Part shown: positions 54,073 to 64,000 of the stretch, in pieces
Position numbering within the stretch: the stretch's first letter is position 1
How the letters are laid out: every line of letters begins with the position of its first letter
IMG/VR virus record: IMGVR_UViG_3300035698_006717
Location: 1 to 64,000 of that record
Strand: one strand, 5' to 3'
Source of the DNA: a virus
Length of the DNA stretch: 64,000 nucleotides
Position numbers and translations under genes: made by a program
Notes under the pieces: model-generated
The model's input: the letters and a program-made list of their open reading frames with translations, nothing else
What the model was told of the DNA's origin: nothing
Database searches by the model: none

Positions 54073-54528
54073 ATGCTATCGCATATCAAACGAAATTTTC
54101 AAGAGATTAAGGGGCTGATAACTCCTGATGATGTTAGTGGTGTAATTTCAGTATCAACTGATAATAATCGCAAAGCGTGTGAGATTGTTGATAAACTTCT
54201 CAAGCATGAAGCTGAAAAAGTCTACCAAGAAGTTAAGATTGATTGTTCAAGTTGCAATTTGGTATTAAATGGAGAACTAATAGTTGATCATGATTCAGAT
54301 GGAAATTTTGGAATAAATTTCTGCCCAGTTTGTGGAATGGAACTGAATCATGAGGTTGATAGTATTGTTGAGGTAACACTTCATGTTAGTGTCACTCACA
54401 AGAAAAATGATGATCCTGAAGACCTTGTTGGAGATTTTGACTTTGATGCAACTTCTCAGCGTAATATGAATATTGATATTAGTGATATAGATATTCAAGA
54501 TACCAAACTTATAAGTACAGGGAATTGA
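54073..54528 (+). CDS. Zinc-ribbon hypothetical protein
   Basis: CSSC...NFCPVCG; AAGGAG SD before ATG 54073. Confidence 0.6.
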   Translation: MLSHIKRNFQEIKGLITPDDVSGVISVSTDNNRKACEIVDKLLKHEAEKVYQEVKIDCSSCNLVLNGELIVDHDSDGNFGINFCPVCGMELNHEVDSIVEVTLHVSVTHKKNDDPEDLVGDFDFDATSQRNMNIDISDIDIQDTKLISTGN

Positions 54529-54743
54529 TTATGAGCAAATTAGAAAAACTATCTGAAGCCTATGGGATGACTATAGAAGAGATGCTAAAGCAGTCTGTAA
54601 TGGATGGCTGTTCCCCTGCAATATGTATGAAGGAAGGATGTGATTACACTACTGATATGGAACCTGATCAAGAACGCGGGTACTGTGATGAGTGCGGAGC
54701 TAATTCTATGAAGTCTGTCTGCATCATAGTGGGGATAATATAA
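54525..54743 (+). CDS. Small zinc-binding phage protein
   Basis: PAIC...C...MEPDQ..GYCDECG motif. Confidence 0.65.
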   Translation: MIMSKLEKLSEAYGMTIEEMLKQSVMDGCSPAICMKEGCDYTTDMEPDQERGYCDECGANSMKSVCIIVGII

Positions 54744-54910
54744 CATGTATTCAATAGTAAGATATTACTTTGATGATGAACACCCAGACAGCAAAAAGGT
54801 TATCAAGACAGGACTAACTTTAGGAGAAGCTCAAGCCCATTGTAATCGAGAGGATACTCATGAGGATGGTGTTTGGTTTGATGGCTATGTGAAAGACTGA
54901 AAGGAACATT

Positions 54911-55231
54911 ATGGATATCAATAAAAGAGAAATTGAAGATATTAGGAAGATGGTAGATGCTGTTGAGGGATTCTCTAGGATGGTCAATAATATGGGCTTC
55001 TCAGAGAAAGAGTGTGCAGAGCGCGTTGCCAAGGAATTTGTAAGAAATCACAGAACTCTTCAGCAGAGTATGGTAAAATTCATAACTCAAGTTATTATTG
55101 AGATCCATACTATTACAAAGGCTAGTCCTATTATGTTTGAGGATCTGAGGAATAAGGCTGCTATGGACTGGATTCACGATACTGCTGAAGATACTGTAAG
55201 TGCAGACCGTTACCCATTCCCTTTTGTTTGA
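54911..55231 (+). CDS. Small phage protein (HRTLQQ motif)
   Basis: HRTLQQS...DLRNKAA...FPFV; GAAAGGA SD. Confidence 0.65.
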   Translation: MDINKREIEDIRKMVDAVEGFSRMVNNMGFSEKECAERVAKEFVRNHRTLQQSMVKFITQVIIEIHTITKASPIMFEDLRNKAAMDWIHDTAEDTVSADRYPFPFV

Positions 55232-55243
55232 AAGGAATTGAAA

Positions 55244-55672
55244 ATGAATATTAGTACCCAAATTGATGCAGAAGCTATTATGATTGAAGCTATCAACGCA
55301 GCAAATGCTGCTGGAGAAGATAAGCTGAGACAGCTTATGGGAGAAGGCCCGCAATTTGATGTAAGGAATGGCGAACGTGTAGTTGGCCATATGTTAGATG
55401 TGTGCGGTGGAGCTTGGGTGAAGATACAAGATGGCAGAAGCCCTCTAATCAGCGCTCTGAAGAAGATTGGTGTTAAGGATGGTAGTGGTAGCTATAAGGC
55501 TCAGGACTATTCTTGGTGGATTAGCAAGGCACATGGAACTGGGTATAACCTCAATATCAGAACTCAAATTAATCGTCAGGAAATGTCAGTTAATGTTGCT
55601 ATTGCTAACGCTGTAGTAACTGTACTTGCTATTCACGGATTTTCTTCTGGCGTTCACTCTTACGTTGATTAG
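55244..55672 (+). CDS. Small phage early protein
   Basis: VCGGAWV...QEM...A.A...L pattern; GAAAGGA SD. Confidence 0.65.
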   Translation: MNISTQIDAEAIMIEAINAANAAGEDKLRQLMGEGPQFDVRNGERVVGHMLDVCGGAWVKIQDGRSPLISALKKIGVKDGSGSYKAQDYSWWISKAHGTGYNLNIRTQINRQEMSVNVAIANAVVTVLAIHGFSSGVHSYVD

Positions 55673-55681
55673 GAGAAGGTT

Positions 55682-55948
55682 ATGGAAAATGTTGCATCTA
55701 ATGAGAGTGGGTGGTATGTTAATACCGAAGAGATGAAAATACTTTGGTGTTATAAGCGTGATGCTATTCCTAATGGAGCGGTTGTTCACAAGGTATGGTT
55801 TGATACGGCAAAAGAGTTCCGTCTATACCTACACTACCGTATGGATGAGACTGCAAGAACACTTGGTCTACTTATTAGTGATATGAAGGATATGGAAAAG
55901 AAATATGCTGAAAAAGCTGAAATTAAAAGTGAAGTGCAGGTCGGTTGA
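55682..55948 (+). CDS. Hypothetical protein
   Basis: AGGAG SD. Confidence 0.55.
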   Translation: MENVASNESGWYVNTEEMKILWCYKRDAIPNGAVVHKVWFDTAKEFRLYLHYRMDETARTLGLLISDMKDMEKKYAEKAEIKSEVQVG

Positions 55949-56504
55949 CTGCCCAGCTTTTGAAGATTGTGAGCAGTTACCTACCATAGTAACTACCCAT
56001 ACGGGCAAGGTTGAGAAGCTGAGGTTTCTATTTGTTGGGGTATCCTCTGAAGAGGCTGCTTCACTACAGAAAGTTATCTCAGCAGTCACAGCTAAACTTG
56101 GAGCTGTCTTTAACTATGCGGTAACATATATGGTGCGTGATGATGTTCCTTTGAGATTCTATCTTGATAAGGAAAGCAAATGCTGCTATAAATATCTGTA
56201 TAGAGATATTGCATATTTGAAGCCTAATGTGATAGTTGCTCTAGGAATTGGCCCAAATAATTTACTCAATAAATTTGCTGGTGGAACTGAGTCTGGTTTC
56301 CCTGCAAGTAGTTTTCATGGTTCCCTATGGCCAAGCAATATAGGTGGATACCCAAATGAGATACCTATGCTGTATACTTACAATACTAGTTCTGGCAAGT
56401 TAAAGTCAATTGCCAAAGATTTGATTAAGGTATATGGTTACTTGAAAGAATTCAAATGTAATCTAGACATCATAAAGATTTCAAAAATGGAGAATGAAAG
56501 ATGA
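55905..56504 (+). CDS. Second degenerate family-4 UDG-like protein
   Basis: C..C, FLFVG, TYMVR, CYKYLYRDIAYLKPNVIVALG and PMLYTYNTS; catalytic residues missing. Start may be GTG 55929. Confidence 0.6.
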   Translation: MLKKLKLKVKCRSVDCPAFEDCEQLPTIVTTHTGKVEKLRFLFVGVSSEEAASLQKVISAVTAKLGAVFNYAVTYMVRDDVPLRFYLDKESKCCYKYLYRDIAYLKPNVIVALGIGPNNLLNKFAGGTESGFPASSFHGSLWPSNIGGYPNEIPMLYTYNTSSGKLKSIAKDLIKVYGYLKEFKCNLDIIKISKMENER

Positions 56505-56604
56505 ATGATTACAATACCAAAGATAGGAAACTTGTATATATCAGCTGTGTAACATTTTGCGCAATAATTATTGTTTTGAGTTTAGCCCTGATATGGGAGG
56601 CGTT

Positions 56605-57090
56605 GTGAGGATTTCAGAATTAGCTATGTGTTTGAAGGAACTAGAGATAATCAAGTGGCGCCTGATTAACGGAGATTTTATTGAGTGGGATGAGATGTTG
56701 TCTGGTAAAAGGAATTGGCTGAGCGAGAAGGATAGACCACCACAGTATTACCTTGTTAATGAATTCCCGTTCAATTCTGCTTTCTGTTACATGTTCAGAG
56801 ACTATCAGATTATAGATAGGAAGATTGTTAGATCTGGCAAGCCTTACAATACATTTAACTGTCTCTGCCCTCTGTGGCCAAAAGGTAAGAACTGCCATGA
56901 TATTCACAAGCCTCAAAAATTCGTTATTGACCAGATTGAATCAATACCAATAGAGACTATTATGAAAATAATCAAGAAGATACCTCTACATAGGGAACAG
57001 CTGAAACTGAAGCACCTATCTAGTATTTGGAACTTTCATTTAAAGGATAAGGTAGTTGGAAGTAGCAACTCTTTGGGTAACGATCTCTAA
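56605..57090 (+). CDS. Cys-containing hypothetical protein
   Basis: GGGAGG SD before GTG 56605. Confidence 0.55.
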   Translation: MRISELAMCLKELEIIKWRLINGDFIEWDEMLSGKRNWLSEKDRPPQYYLVNEFPFNSAFCYMFRDYQIIDRKIVRSGKPYNTFNCLCPLWPKGKNCHDIHKPQKFVIDQIESIPIETIMKIIKKIPLHREQLKLKHLSSIWNFHLKDKVVGSSNSLGNDL

Positions 57091-57183
57091 GCCCCGTAGA
57101 GAGCTTGCAGCTATTATACCCTACTAGGATACCTCTAGACTATTTCAAGCGGTTTAAGGACTATTACAAGGAGCTTAAATAAG

Positions 57184-58221
57184 ATGAGAAAGGTAGATAC
57201 GAAAGGGAGCGGTGAAAGATTGTGGAGTAAATTTGGGTTTGAATTTACTTTTGTACACAAGGCTCCATACTTTAATTGTAATGAAATTTCTTGTTCTAAA
57301 TGCCCAGAGCGGCACAACGATGAGATATGCGGTAGTGTTCCTACTTCTACTTGCTATTATGATCAAATAGCTCCTTTCAGAAGAAAACTTCACATAGATA
57401 AATTCTTTCACAGTACTAAAGTAAGTAATGATCAGTCTATTGAATTGAATACTCCACCTTTCAATTCCATAGATGATATCCATGAGTATTATTGCAAATT
57501 ATCAAGTTTTATACAGCGTATGCCTTTTGTAGCTAAGTCAGATACTAGGTATGGAGGTGGCGGTCATATCCATGTAGAAATACCCAAGAGGATGATACAT
57601 GATGAACTGTACAAGTTTAAGTTCTTTGTCAACTTGTTTTCTGATGTGAGTAATAGACCATATTTGAATTGGATGTTTAATGAATATGGTGATAACATAT
57701 CTGCTGAGCCGTATTTGCTTAATGATGATTTGTGTGATAGTTGGAGTGATGATGTTGGTATGCATCTGATGAAATGTAAAGGTTTTGACTTTTGGAAGCC
57801 TGTTGGCGGTTATTGTATTACCAATAGCTGTGATTTTGGAAGACTAGAAGATTGTGATTGGGGAACAAAAGGAACCGCTATCAGCTATTCACCTGCACAG
57901 TATGAAAAACCAGATACAATTGAGTTTAGGATATTTGACGCACAAGCTACTTGGGAAGAGCTACTGAGTCATGTATTATTTGTGAACAGATATCTACAGT
58001 ATATAGATCAAATAACCAGAAAAAATGTCAGGATACCAGTTACAGTTAGGACTAGAAAACAAGTACTTGGGAAATCAGTAGCCAATAAGTGTGTTGGTGA
58101 ATTCTATAAGTTCATCTCAGTTCTTGGGCTGCCAAGTTCCCTATACAGATACTGTGAGCAGAACTACTTGGATAGAAAAGCTATTGGGTGCTTGTTACCA
58201 GAATGGGTAGATGAATTATAA
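57184..58221 (+). CDS. Putative amidoligase (glutamine synthetase-like COOH-NH2 ligase)
   Basis: FGFEF, IELNTPP, GGGHIHV and TIEFRIF motifs. Confidence 0.75.
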   Translation: MRKVDTKGSGERLWSKFGFEFTFVHKAPYFNCNEISCSKCPERHNDEICGSVPTSTCYYDQIAPFRRKLHIDKFFHSTKVSNDQSIELNTPPFNSIDDIHEYYCKLSSFIQRMPFVAKSDTRYGGGGHIHVEIPKRMIHDELYKFKFFVNLFSDVSNRPYLNWMFNEYGDNISAEPYLLNDDLCDSWSDDVGMHLMKCKGFDFWKPVGGYCITNSCDFGRLEDCDWGTKGTAISYSPAQYEKPDTIEFRIFDAQATWEELLSHVLFVNRYLQYIDQITRKNVRIPVTVRTRKQVLGKSVANKCVGEFYKFISVLGLPSSLYRYCEQNYLDRKAIGCLLPEWVDEL

Positions 58222-58222
58222 T

Positions 58223-58258
58223 AAAATCATAACTCTTCAGCTAATTCAGATATATACT
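58223..58258 (+). promoter_or_regulatory. Repeated promoter, class A (copy 4)
   Basis: AAAATCA-TAACTC-TTCAG..17 nt-TATACT. Confidence 0.8.
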
Positions 58259-58289
58259 ACTTCTATACCCTTAAAGAGAGGAGCCTACT

Positions 58290-58679
58290 ATGGCTTGGAA
58301 TCCTAGTAAGAAGAAGTGGGAAAGAGATCCAGAACTTCCTGCCCGTAATACCCTTAAGTGGATAGGGCTTACGAGTGAAGAGAAATATGACGTTAATCTT
58401 CAGTTGGGTCATAGCTGGGGATTCCAGAACGTAATACGTGACGTAGAGAACGCCCCGAATGTTGCTATTGAGAAATACTGTGGAGCCTTTCGTATGGGAT
58501 TTGGGAAGAAGATAACTATTGATCCTGTTATCCGTAACGCTCTAAGAAAAGAGTTGATGAAGCGTTGCCGTGAAGGAATCTATATCTTTGCCTCTCGTAA
58601 TGAGAAAAGAAAGCTGAGACCTGTAGCTCGTATGCATGATGGAGCACCGACTGGTAAACTCGTTAAAGAATCTGCCTGA
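58290..58679 (+). CDS. Basic hypothetical protein
   Basis: GAGGAG SD, after a class A promoter. Confidence 0.65.
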   Translation: MAWNPSKKKWERDPELPARNTLKWIGLTSEEKYDVNLQLGHSWGFQNVIRDVENAPNVAIEKYCGAFRMGFGKKITIDPVIRNALRKELMKRCREGIYIFASRNEKRKLRPVARMHDGAPTGKLVKESA

Positions 58680-58687
58680 TGGCAACA

Positions 58688-58735
58688 GGGGGGATTGGGT
58701 GCTTATTGAAGCATCGGAATCCCCCCGTATTATTT
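58688..58735 (+). terminator. GC-rich hairpin, terminator-like
   Basis: GGGGGGATT..GTGCTT / AAGCAT..AATCCCCCC followed by GTATTATTT. Confidence 0.6.
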
Positions 58736-58897
58736 GAAGGAGGGTTAATGCTATTCTGGTATTTTTGCGCGGCTCGCAACTCTGAACCTTGTTATACTGA
58801 ATTAGATTCAGATGATGATCTAGATTTCAATTACAGAACTGGTGGTGATGGATTCTTTACTGTTGATATTTATGTGGGATATTGAAAGGATAGTGCT

Positions 58898-60138
58898 GTG
58901 AAGATTCAAGATCTAGAGAACGGAATGGTATCCATGACTAGGGTTAGCCCTATTGATGGGAAAGAGAATACCATGATTATTGTATTGGATATGATCAGCT
59001 TTATGGCCTCGCATGCTATATGGGTAGGAGGTACGGATGTGCAAGGTGCTTTCCCTACCCTATCTGCAGATGAGCGTGAATTCATACGTATTGGCATCAC
59101 ACCTGATCAGTCTAAGGAGATGTATGAAGATGAAGAAGTTTAAAGTTAATGGAGAATGCTTTTGCGAGGGAGGGACTTATGAGGCTCGTTCTCCTATGGA
59201 GGCTATGTACAAGCATCTCAAAGATGAGAAGAATATAAGTTTGGAGTGTTTCATGGAACCTATATTTAGTGGTAATGTAAAATTAACCACTATAATAGAT
59301 GGAATAACTGTTTGCGGCGGTTATGAGATAAGGGAGATGAAGTAATGAAAATAGTATCTCCCAAAACAAAAGTAGAATACATAGTAAGATGGCAGAAATT
59401 CGGATGGGTAGGATCTGCTATCAATGTGTATGTTAAGAAGAAGCTATTTAGTAAGATACCTTACAAGAAGCGTGTATGGCAGATATTTGGAGAAACTTTC
59501 TATGATATGGAAAGGATGTTCCCTGACAAGCTAACAGAACTATTCCATAAAGCCATGAATGAATATGAAGAGTATGTAGAGGCTTGGAATAATTCATTAA
59601 ACAAAGGAGATTGAATGCTGACACCAAAAGACTATCTGACCGCTCTTGATGTTCAAGATGCTTGTAATCTTTCAGGCGTTGTCCTCTCATTTATGGGAGC
59701 TTTGGACAAGATTAGAGAGGAAGTGAAGGATACAGATAAGATCAATAAGCATCCTATATGCGTTCTATATTCTGACAAGATTGCTCACCTAACAGGAACT
59801 CAATCTTATGCTGTTACTGCTGTAAGTGAAGCATATCAGGCCTGTCACGATAGGAGTCCTGAATGAAAGGATACAAAGTATTTGACTATGTACTACCTGT
59901 TTGGTCAATCTGTCCTCTAGTAAATGCTGATACATCTTCAACTACTGATGAGGATGATAAGAAGCTTGATAAGTTTCAGGAATGCCTTAATGTCAATATG
60001 GAAACTCTGGAGGCCAAATCTTGGACAATAGATTGGCCAGATTCTGTTGATTCTGCCAAGTACTTTTCTACATATAATGAAGTTGATGGCTATCTTGGAG
60101 CAGACGTTGTTGGTGTAAAGATCTACTTTTTCTATTAA
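58898..60138 (+). other. Run of five small coupled early-type ORFs (58898-59143, ~59130-59345, 59345-59614, 59615-59866, 59863-60138)
   Basis: SD motifs and overlapping start/stop codons; no recognisable function. Confidence 0.6.
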
Positions 60139-60172
60139 AGTCATAACTCGTCAGCTCATTCAAAGGTATATT
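60137..60172 (+). promoter_or_regulatory. Repeated promoter, class A (copy 5)
   Basis: AAAGTCA-TAACTC-GTCAG..17 nt-TATATT, then leader TATACCCGAACCGA. Confidence 0.8.
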
Positions 60173-60203
60173 CTCTTTATACCCGAACCGATAGGAGTCT
60201 GAT

Positions 60204-61326
60204 ATGACTGATGGAGAGAAGAAGATTGTTGAGGATTTCGTTCACCATGATATTAGAGATGAGCCTCATGTAATGACAACTATCGGAGATGTGTTTGATG
60301 ATGTTAATGTATTTATGAAGAATATTACTGATATTCATAGAGAAGAGAATCGGTTGCTGAAACTTTTGAGAAGCGGAGGGATAGGTGCTTGAATTTTCTG
60401 ATGGAATGAGTATTGATACTTCTGGTGATCTGAGAGTAATCTATAAGTCTGATGGATACTATGTTGTAGGTAATGGAATGATGTGCCCTGTGGATAGTCC
60501 TGAAGAAGGCAAAAGTCTGATGGAAGGGATGTCAAAAGATGGGTCAGCCACTAGGTAATGGAGGGTTTATACTTGATAAGCCTCCTGAGATTAACGCCTT
60601 CCGTTTGTTGGCGTTGAAGGGAAGACTAAAGCTTGAAGTGAATACTGGCCTGAAGTTTAGTTCTCGTGGCCCAGCAACTGGTAATATGGTAAGGAAGGAA
60701 ATTGGTTCAACTACTCGTAGTAAGGCAAAGCTGTTGGCTGAATTTGAGACATACTTGAGACAACTAGGTGTATTGAATGATGGGAAGGAGTAACCTATGA
60801 AGTTTATGCTCATACTGATATCTGTTCTATTATTTACCATTAATTCATATTCCGCTGAAATTGAAACATTTGTAACCTTGAGTAATAATCCTGATGCTGG
60901 TTGCGTGTTGATTACCTATTTGGATTATAGGCTATCTGAGGATGAGCCAAATACATATTCTTTGGTAAAGCTGTATGCTGAAGGGTGGAGGTTGGTTCAA
61001 GTAATCAGCATACCATCTTATAGAAGCAACTTATATGTTTACTACATGGAAAGGATCGGAAAGTGATTTATTATGCAATCCGTACAAAGTACTCTTCAGG
61101 AGTCAAAGGCTCCAGATGTATGGCTAGAGAGGCTGATGGTAGATCAGTATATATACCTTGGGGGTATGAAGTTAATTGTGACAAGAATCATCAGAATGCT
61201 GTGAGGAAACTTTGTGAGAAGTTAGGATTGTATGGTAAGCTTGCGTCAGGGTCTTTTAAGGGAGAGTTTGTTCACGTCTTTGTAGAAAGATATTACCAAT
61301 CTAAGTGTATTGAATTTGTTAACTAA
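60204..61326 (+). other. Small early-type ORFs (60204-60392, 60539-60793, 60797-61066 with signal-peptide-like N-terminus, 61063-61326)
   Basis: SD motifs; MKFMLILISVLLFTINSYSA resembles a Sec signal. Confidence 0.6.
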
Positions 61327-61328
61327 AG

Positions 61329-61364
61329 AAAGTCATTACTCGTCAGGTGTTTCAGGTATATCTT
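61329..61364 (+). promoter_or_regulatory. Repeated promoter, class A (copy 6)
   Basis: AAAGTCA-TTACTC-GTCAG..17 nt-TATCTT, then leader TATACCCGAACCGA. Confidence 0.8.
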
Positions 61365-61395
61365 ACCCTTATACCCGAACCGAGGAGAGCTGATT

Positions 61396-62646
61396 ATGGA
61401 ACTGCCGAAGAATGTTTGCGCATCGCTGGCTGATAAGAAGCTAATAGTTGATGAGACTAAGAAACTTCTTGCTTATGCGCATGTTGCTGATGATAACCTT
61501 ACTTGGCGCTTCCTAGCGGAGATGTTGGAGAATTCCTGCCGAGCTAATGCTGTTATTCAACTAGATTATTCCGAAGATGGTAGAGAAGGAAATAAGACTT
61601 GGTATATTATAGAAGGGATGGGGATGGGTGAGAAGTTCCTCTATATTGACTGTTCTAAGGCTGATACTCCTAATTGGGAATATTCTTGGAGTGCTATCTA
61701 TGATTTGAGAGATGAGAACTGATTATGATCTCAAATTGGAAGTGGAATTTAGTAATGAGATGTATGGGTACGTGGATGGATTGGTATAGAATAGGGTATG
61801 GTGAATGGTTGGGGGGAGAGCTGGTTACTCTTCCCCCGTTTTTACATGAAAGTATTTATCATGGATGTTATGACTGCTCCCTTGGAAGAACTACAAGCGT
61901 ATGTTGACTTCTTACATGAGGAGTGGGTAGATGATCTATTCTATTCAATATATGATGTAGTTGCTGAAGAACGCAACCGTGTTGAATCTATCATAGAGTT
62001 GAGATCTAACCCCTGAAAGGATTTATCATGGAATTCAGAGGATTAACCAAACAGATGATCATCCCTATCGCTAGGCGGGAGGCTAATTTGTGTAACGCTT
62101 GGTGGATACTAAGAAACGCTCAGAAAGCTAATAATCCTGAAATTACTGCTCAAATGAAAGCTATGGCTAAAGACTTCATAGCTAGAAAGGACACGTGAAT
62201 GGCTCTGTCAAAGATGGATAAGAAGGTACTTGCTGATATGTATAATTCTCTAAGAGCAACTATAATGGCTTGCGCTTCAGAAAGTATTGCTTGTGTCAGG
62301 TAAGCTGATGCTTGTGATAGTGTTGTACATGATAACATTAAGATATGGATGGACAAAGATGACTAAAATTCAGATAGTCCCAAGAATAGGTGATATTGTT
62401 ATAGTCAATTACAAATATATGGTAGCTGATCAAGAGTCTAGTCAGTTTGTTGATTATATATTCAAGCACGTTGCTTTTGCTGGCGCTATTTCTTCATGGA
62501 GGTACTGCTCTACTAAGCCAAGCCTAAGTAGTGTTGTTGTTACATTTGGTACTGTTCAATTTAATTTCTCCGTCATCGAGCTTATTTGGACAGGACTCAA
62601 TATAGGATCTGAAAATCCTCATTATGTTGAAGTAAACTACCTATAA
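61396..62646 (+). other. Small early-type ORFs (61396-61722, 61725-61907 and further short ORFs to 62646)
   Basis: Follow a class A promoter; SD motifs. Confidence 0.5.
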
Positions 62647-62785
62647 TCTTCAAACTCCTAGGAAGCCCGTAGAGCTTAGACAAGATCTAACCCTATCCTA
62701 GTACGCCTAAACCCCTTTCAAGACCGTAGCGAGCCGCCTAGGAGCTTGTAATAGGCTTGTAGGTATAGAACCGAACCCGTAAAAG

Positions 62786-62821
62786 AAAGACATTACTATT
62801 CAGTCAGTTCAGATATACCTT
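62786..62821 (+). promoter_or_regulatory. Repeated promoter, class A (copy 7)
   Basis: AAAGACA-TTACTA-TTCAG..17 nt-TACCTT, then leader TATACCCGAACCGA. Confidence 0.75.
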
Positions 62822-62853
62822 ATACCTATACCCGAACCGATAGGAGATGAAAG

Positions 62854-63036
62854 ATGGCTAGGATTTTTTGGGACGCCATAGTAGGTGAAGTATTCTTACC
62901 CTTGTGGTATCGGATATTTTGTAGAACAGTTTGTAAGATTTTTAGTCACAAACCTATGCGTAGCTTCCCTCCTGATTCAAATAGTAGTAATTGTATTGAT
63001 ACCTATTGTGAACGATGTGGCAAGTATTTGAACTAA
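62854..63036 (+). CDS. DUF1660-like small zinc-binding protein
   Basis: CKIFSHK...CERCG. Confidence 0.55.
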   Translation: MARIFWDAIVGEVFLPLWYRIFCRTVCKIFSHKPMRSFPPDSNSSNCIDTYCERCGKYLN

Positions 63037-63054
63037 CCCCTAGGAGAAGATGAA

Positions 63055-63345
63055 ATGAATAAGCAGGAAGTGAAAGATAAGCTGTTGTACTTTGTTCGTC
63101 AGTACGGAAGACGTATTTCCTTGCCAGGTATATATAGTGATGCCTCTGGTATAGGTTCTTTGAGGACTGAAGGTTGTTCTTGTTGTGCTACTTCCTTTAG
63201 GTATTCAAAACACGATTGTGATGAAAATGACGCTGCAGATGAAATAATTCAATCCTTTACCATGGATGAACAAATAGAAATTGTTAAGGAGAGCTTGAAA
63301 GCAACTATCAAAGAGTACGGCCTTACCCCTTCTGACTTGGAGTAA
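63055..63345 (+). CDS. Hypothetical protein
   Basis: AGGAG SD; GCSCC motif. Confidence 0.6.
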   Translation: MNKQEVKDKLLYFVRQYGRRISLPGIYSDASGIGSLRTEGCSCCATSFRYSKHDCDENDAADEIIQSFTMDEQIEIVKESLKATIKEYGLTPSDLE

Positions 63346-63543
63346 TACCCTAATAACCCTTGAAAGGTGTTAAAATGATTAGATACACTATAAAGCAAGT
63401 AGTTATGTAGCTGTAACAAACCTTATTTATGAACAGCTACGGTGTACACCAGCTGATCTAACAAAAATTCAAAAGAAATTGCTTATAGCTTGTAATAACA
63501 TGCTAGAACTACTCAGAACAATAAAAAAGGAGGTAGAATCAAA

Positions 63544-64000
63544 ATGAGCAAAAATGATAATGAAGAGTGGACAACAGAAAAAGCTCTCAAGGCTTTTGCT
63601 AGCCATAGGTTTAGAGGCATTAATGTAAAAACAAAAGAAAGTATGAGGAGCATTTTGGATAAACTCAATCTAACAAAAGATCAATTGAAGAAACTCAACC
63701 TACTAGAAAAATCAATTCTCAAATGGGAGCAAAATCAACTTATAGCTTCAGAGATGTCAACATTCACAGATCCAGAGAACTACCCACTCCTAAAGGGACA
63801 ATTCATTATAGAAGCAGATACTTGCCCTCTATGCGTAGAATACAATATTGGCTTAACAAATAATAAGATATGCTTAGAGTGCCCTATCTATCAGATGAAC
63901 AGTAACCATAGAGTGTGTAGAGGTACACCTTATATGACGGTAAGCAGATTCATGCTATCTCCAATTCCCAATTGGGAAGGTGTACATTCCGCTTCAAAAG
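63544..64000 (+). CDS. Cys-rich hypothetical protein, 3'-truncated by window edge
   Basis: AAGGAGGT SD; open to the window end; SILKWE...CPLC...CLECP...CRGTPY. Confidence 0.65.
   Translation, partial: MSKNDNEEWTTEKALKAFASHRFRGINVKTKESMRSILDKLNLTKDQLKKLNLLEKSILKWEQNQLIASEMSTFTDPENYPLLKGQFIIEADTCPLCVEYNIGLTNNKICLECPIYQMNSNHRVCRGTPYMTVSRFMLSPIPNWEGVHSASK

Noticed and set aside
58679-58747. N-terminus of ORF 58679-58885
   Set aside because: Spans a GC hairpin; a strong AAGGAGG SD supports ATG 58748 instead.
1-64000. Stop-codon reassignment, integrase/att site or contractile sheath
   Set aside because: Genes are full length and tightly packed in the standard code with all three stops used. No recombinase or sheath gene was recognised in this window.

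Overview
A 64 kb segment of a large dsDNA tailed-phage genome, most likely a siphovirus with a long non-contractile tail. Every credible gene is on the + strand and reads in the standard code. All family assignments come from motif recognition by eye; no database searches were run. (1) 1-24 kb, virion module: a 5'-truncated Ser-rich repeat protein, neck/terminator genes, tail tube protein, tail assembly chaperone with a -1 programmed frameshift, a 1886-aa tape measure, a 2345-aa multidomain tail-tip protein, propeller and fibre proteins, a GT-A glycosyltransferase and a CBM-bearing protein. (2) 24-47 kb, replication/recombination module: SNF2 helicase, degenerate loader, DnaB, primase, dNMP kinase, ThyX, tRNA-Leu(UAA), FAD mutase-like oxidoreductase, DnaE, UvsY-like, SSB, UDG-like, RecA, SbcD/SbcC and RuvC, followed by an M15 endolysin. 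(3) 47-64 kb: a probable TerS, then small early-type genes behind a seven-copy promoter motif. The most unusual observations are: a shortened paralog of the phage's own tail tube protein between sbcD and sbcC; a complete tRNA embedded in-frame in the 5' end of the oxidoreductase gene; and a Ser-rich virion protein plus glycosyltransferase plus sugar-mutase-like set suggesting virion glycosylation.
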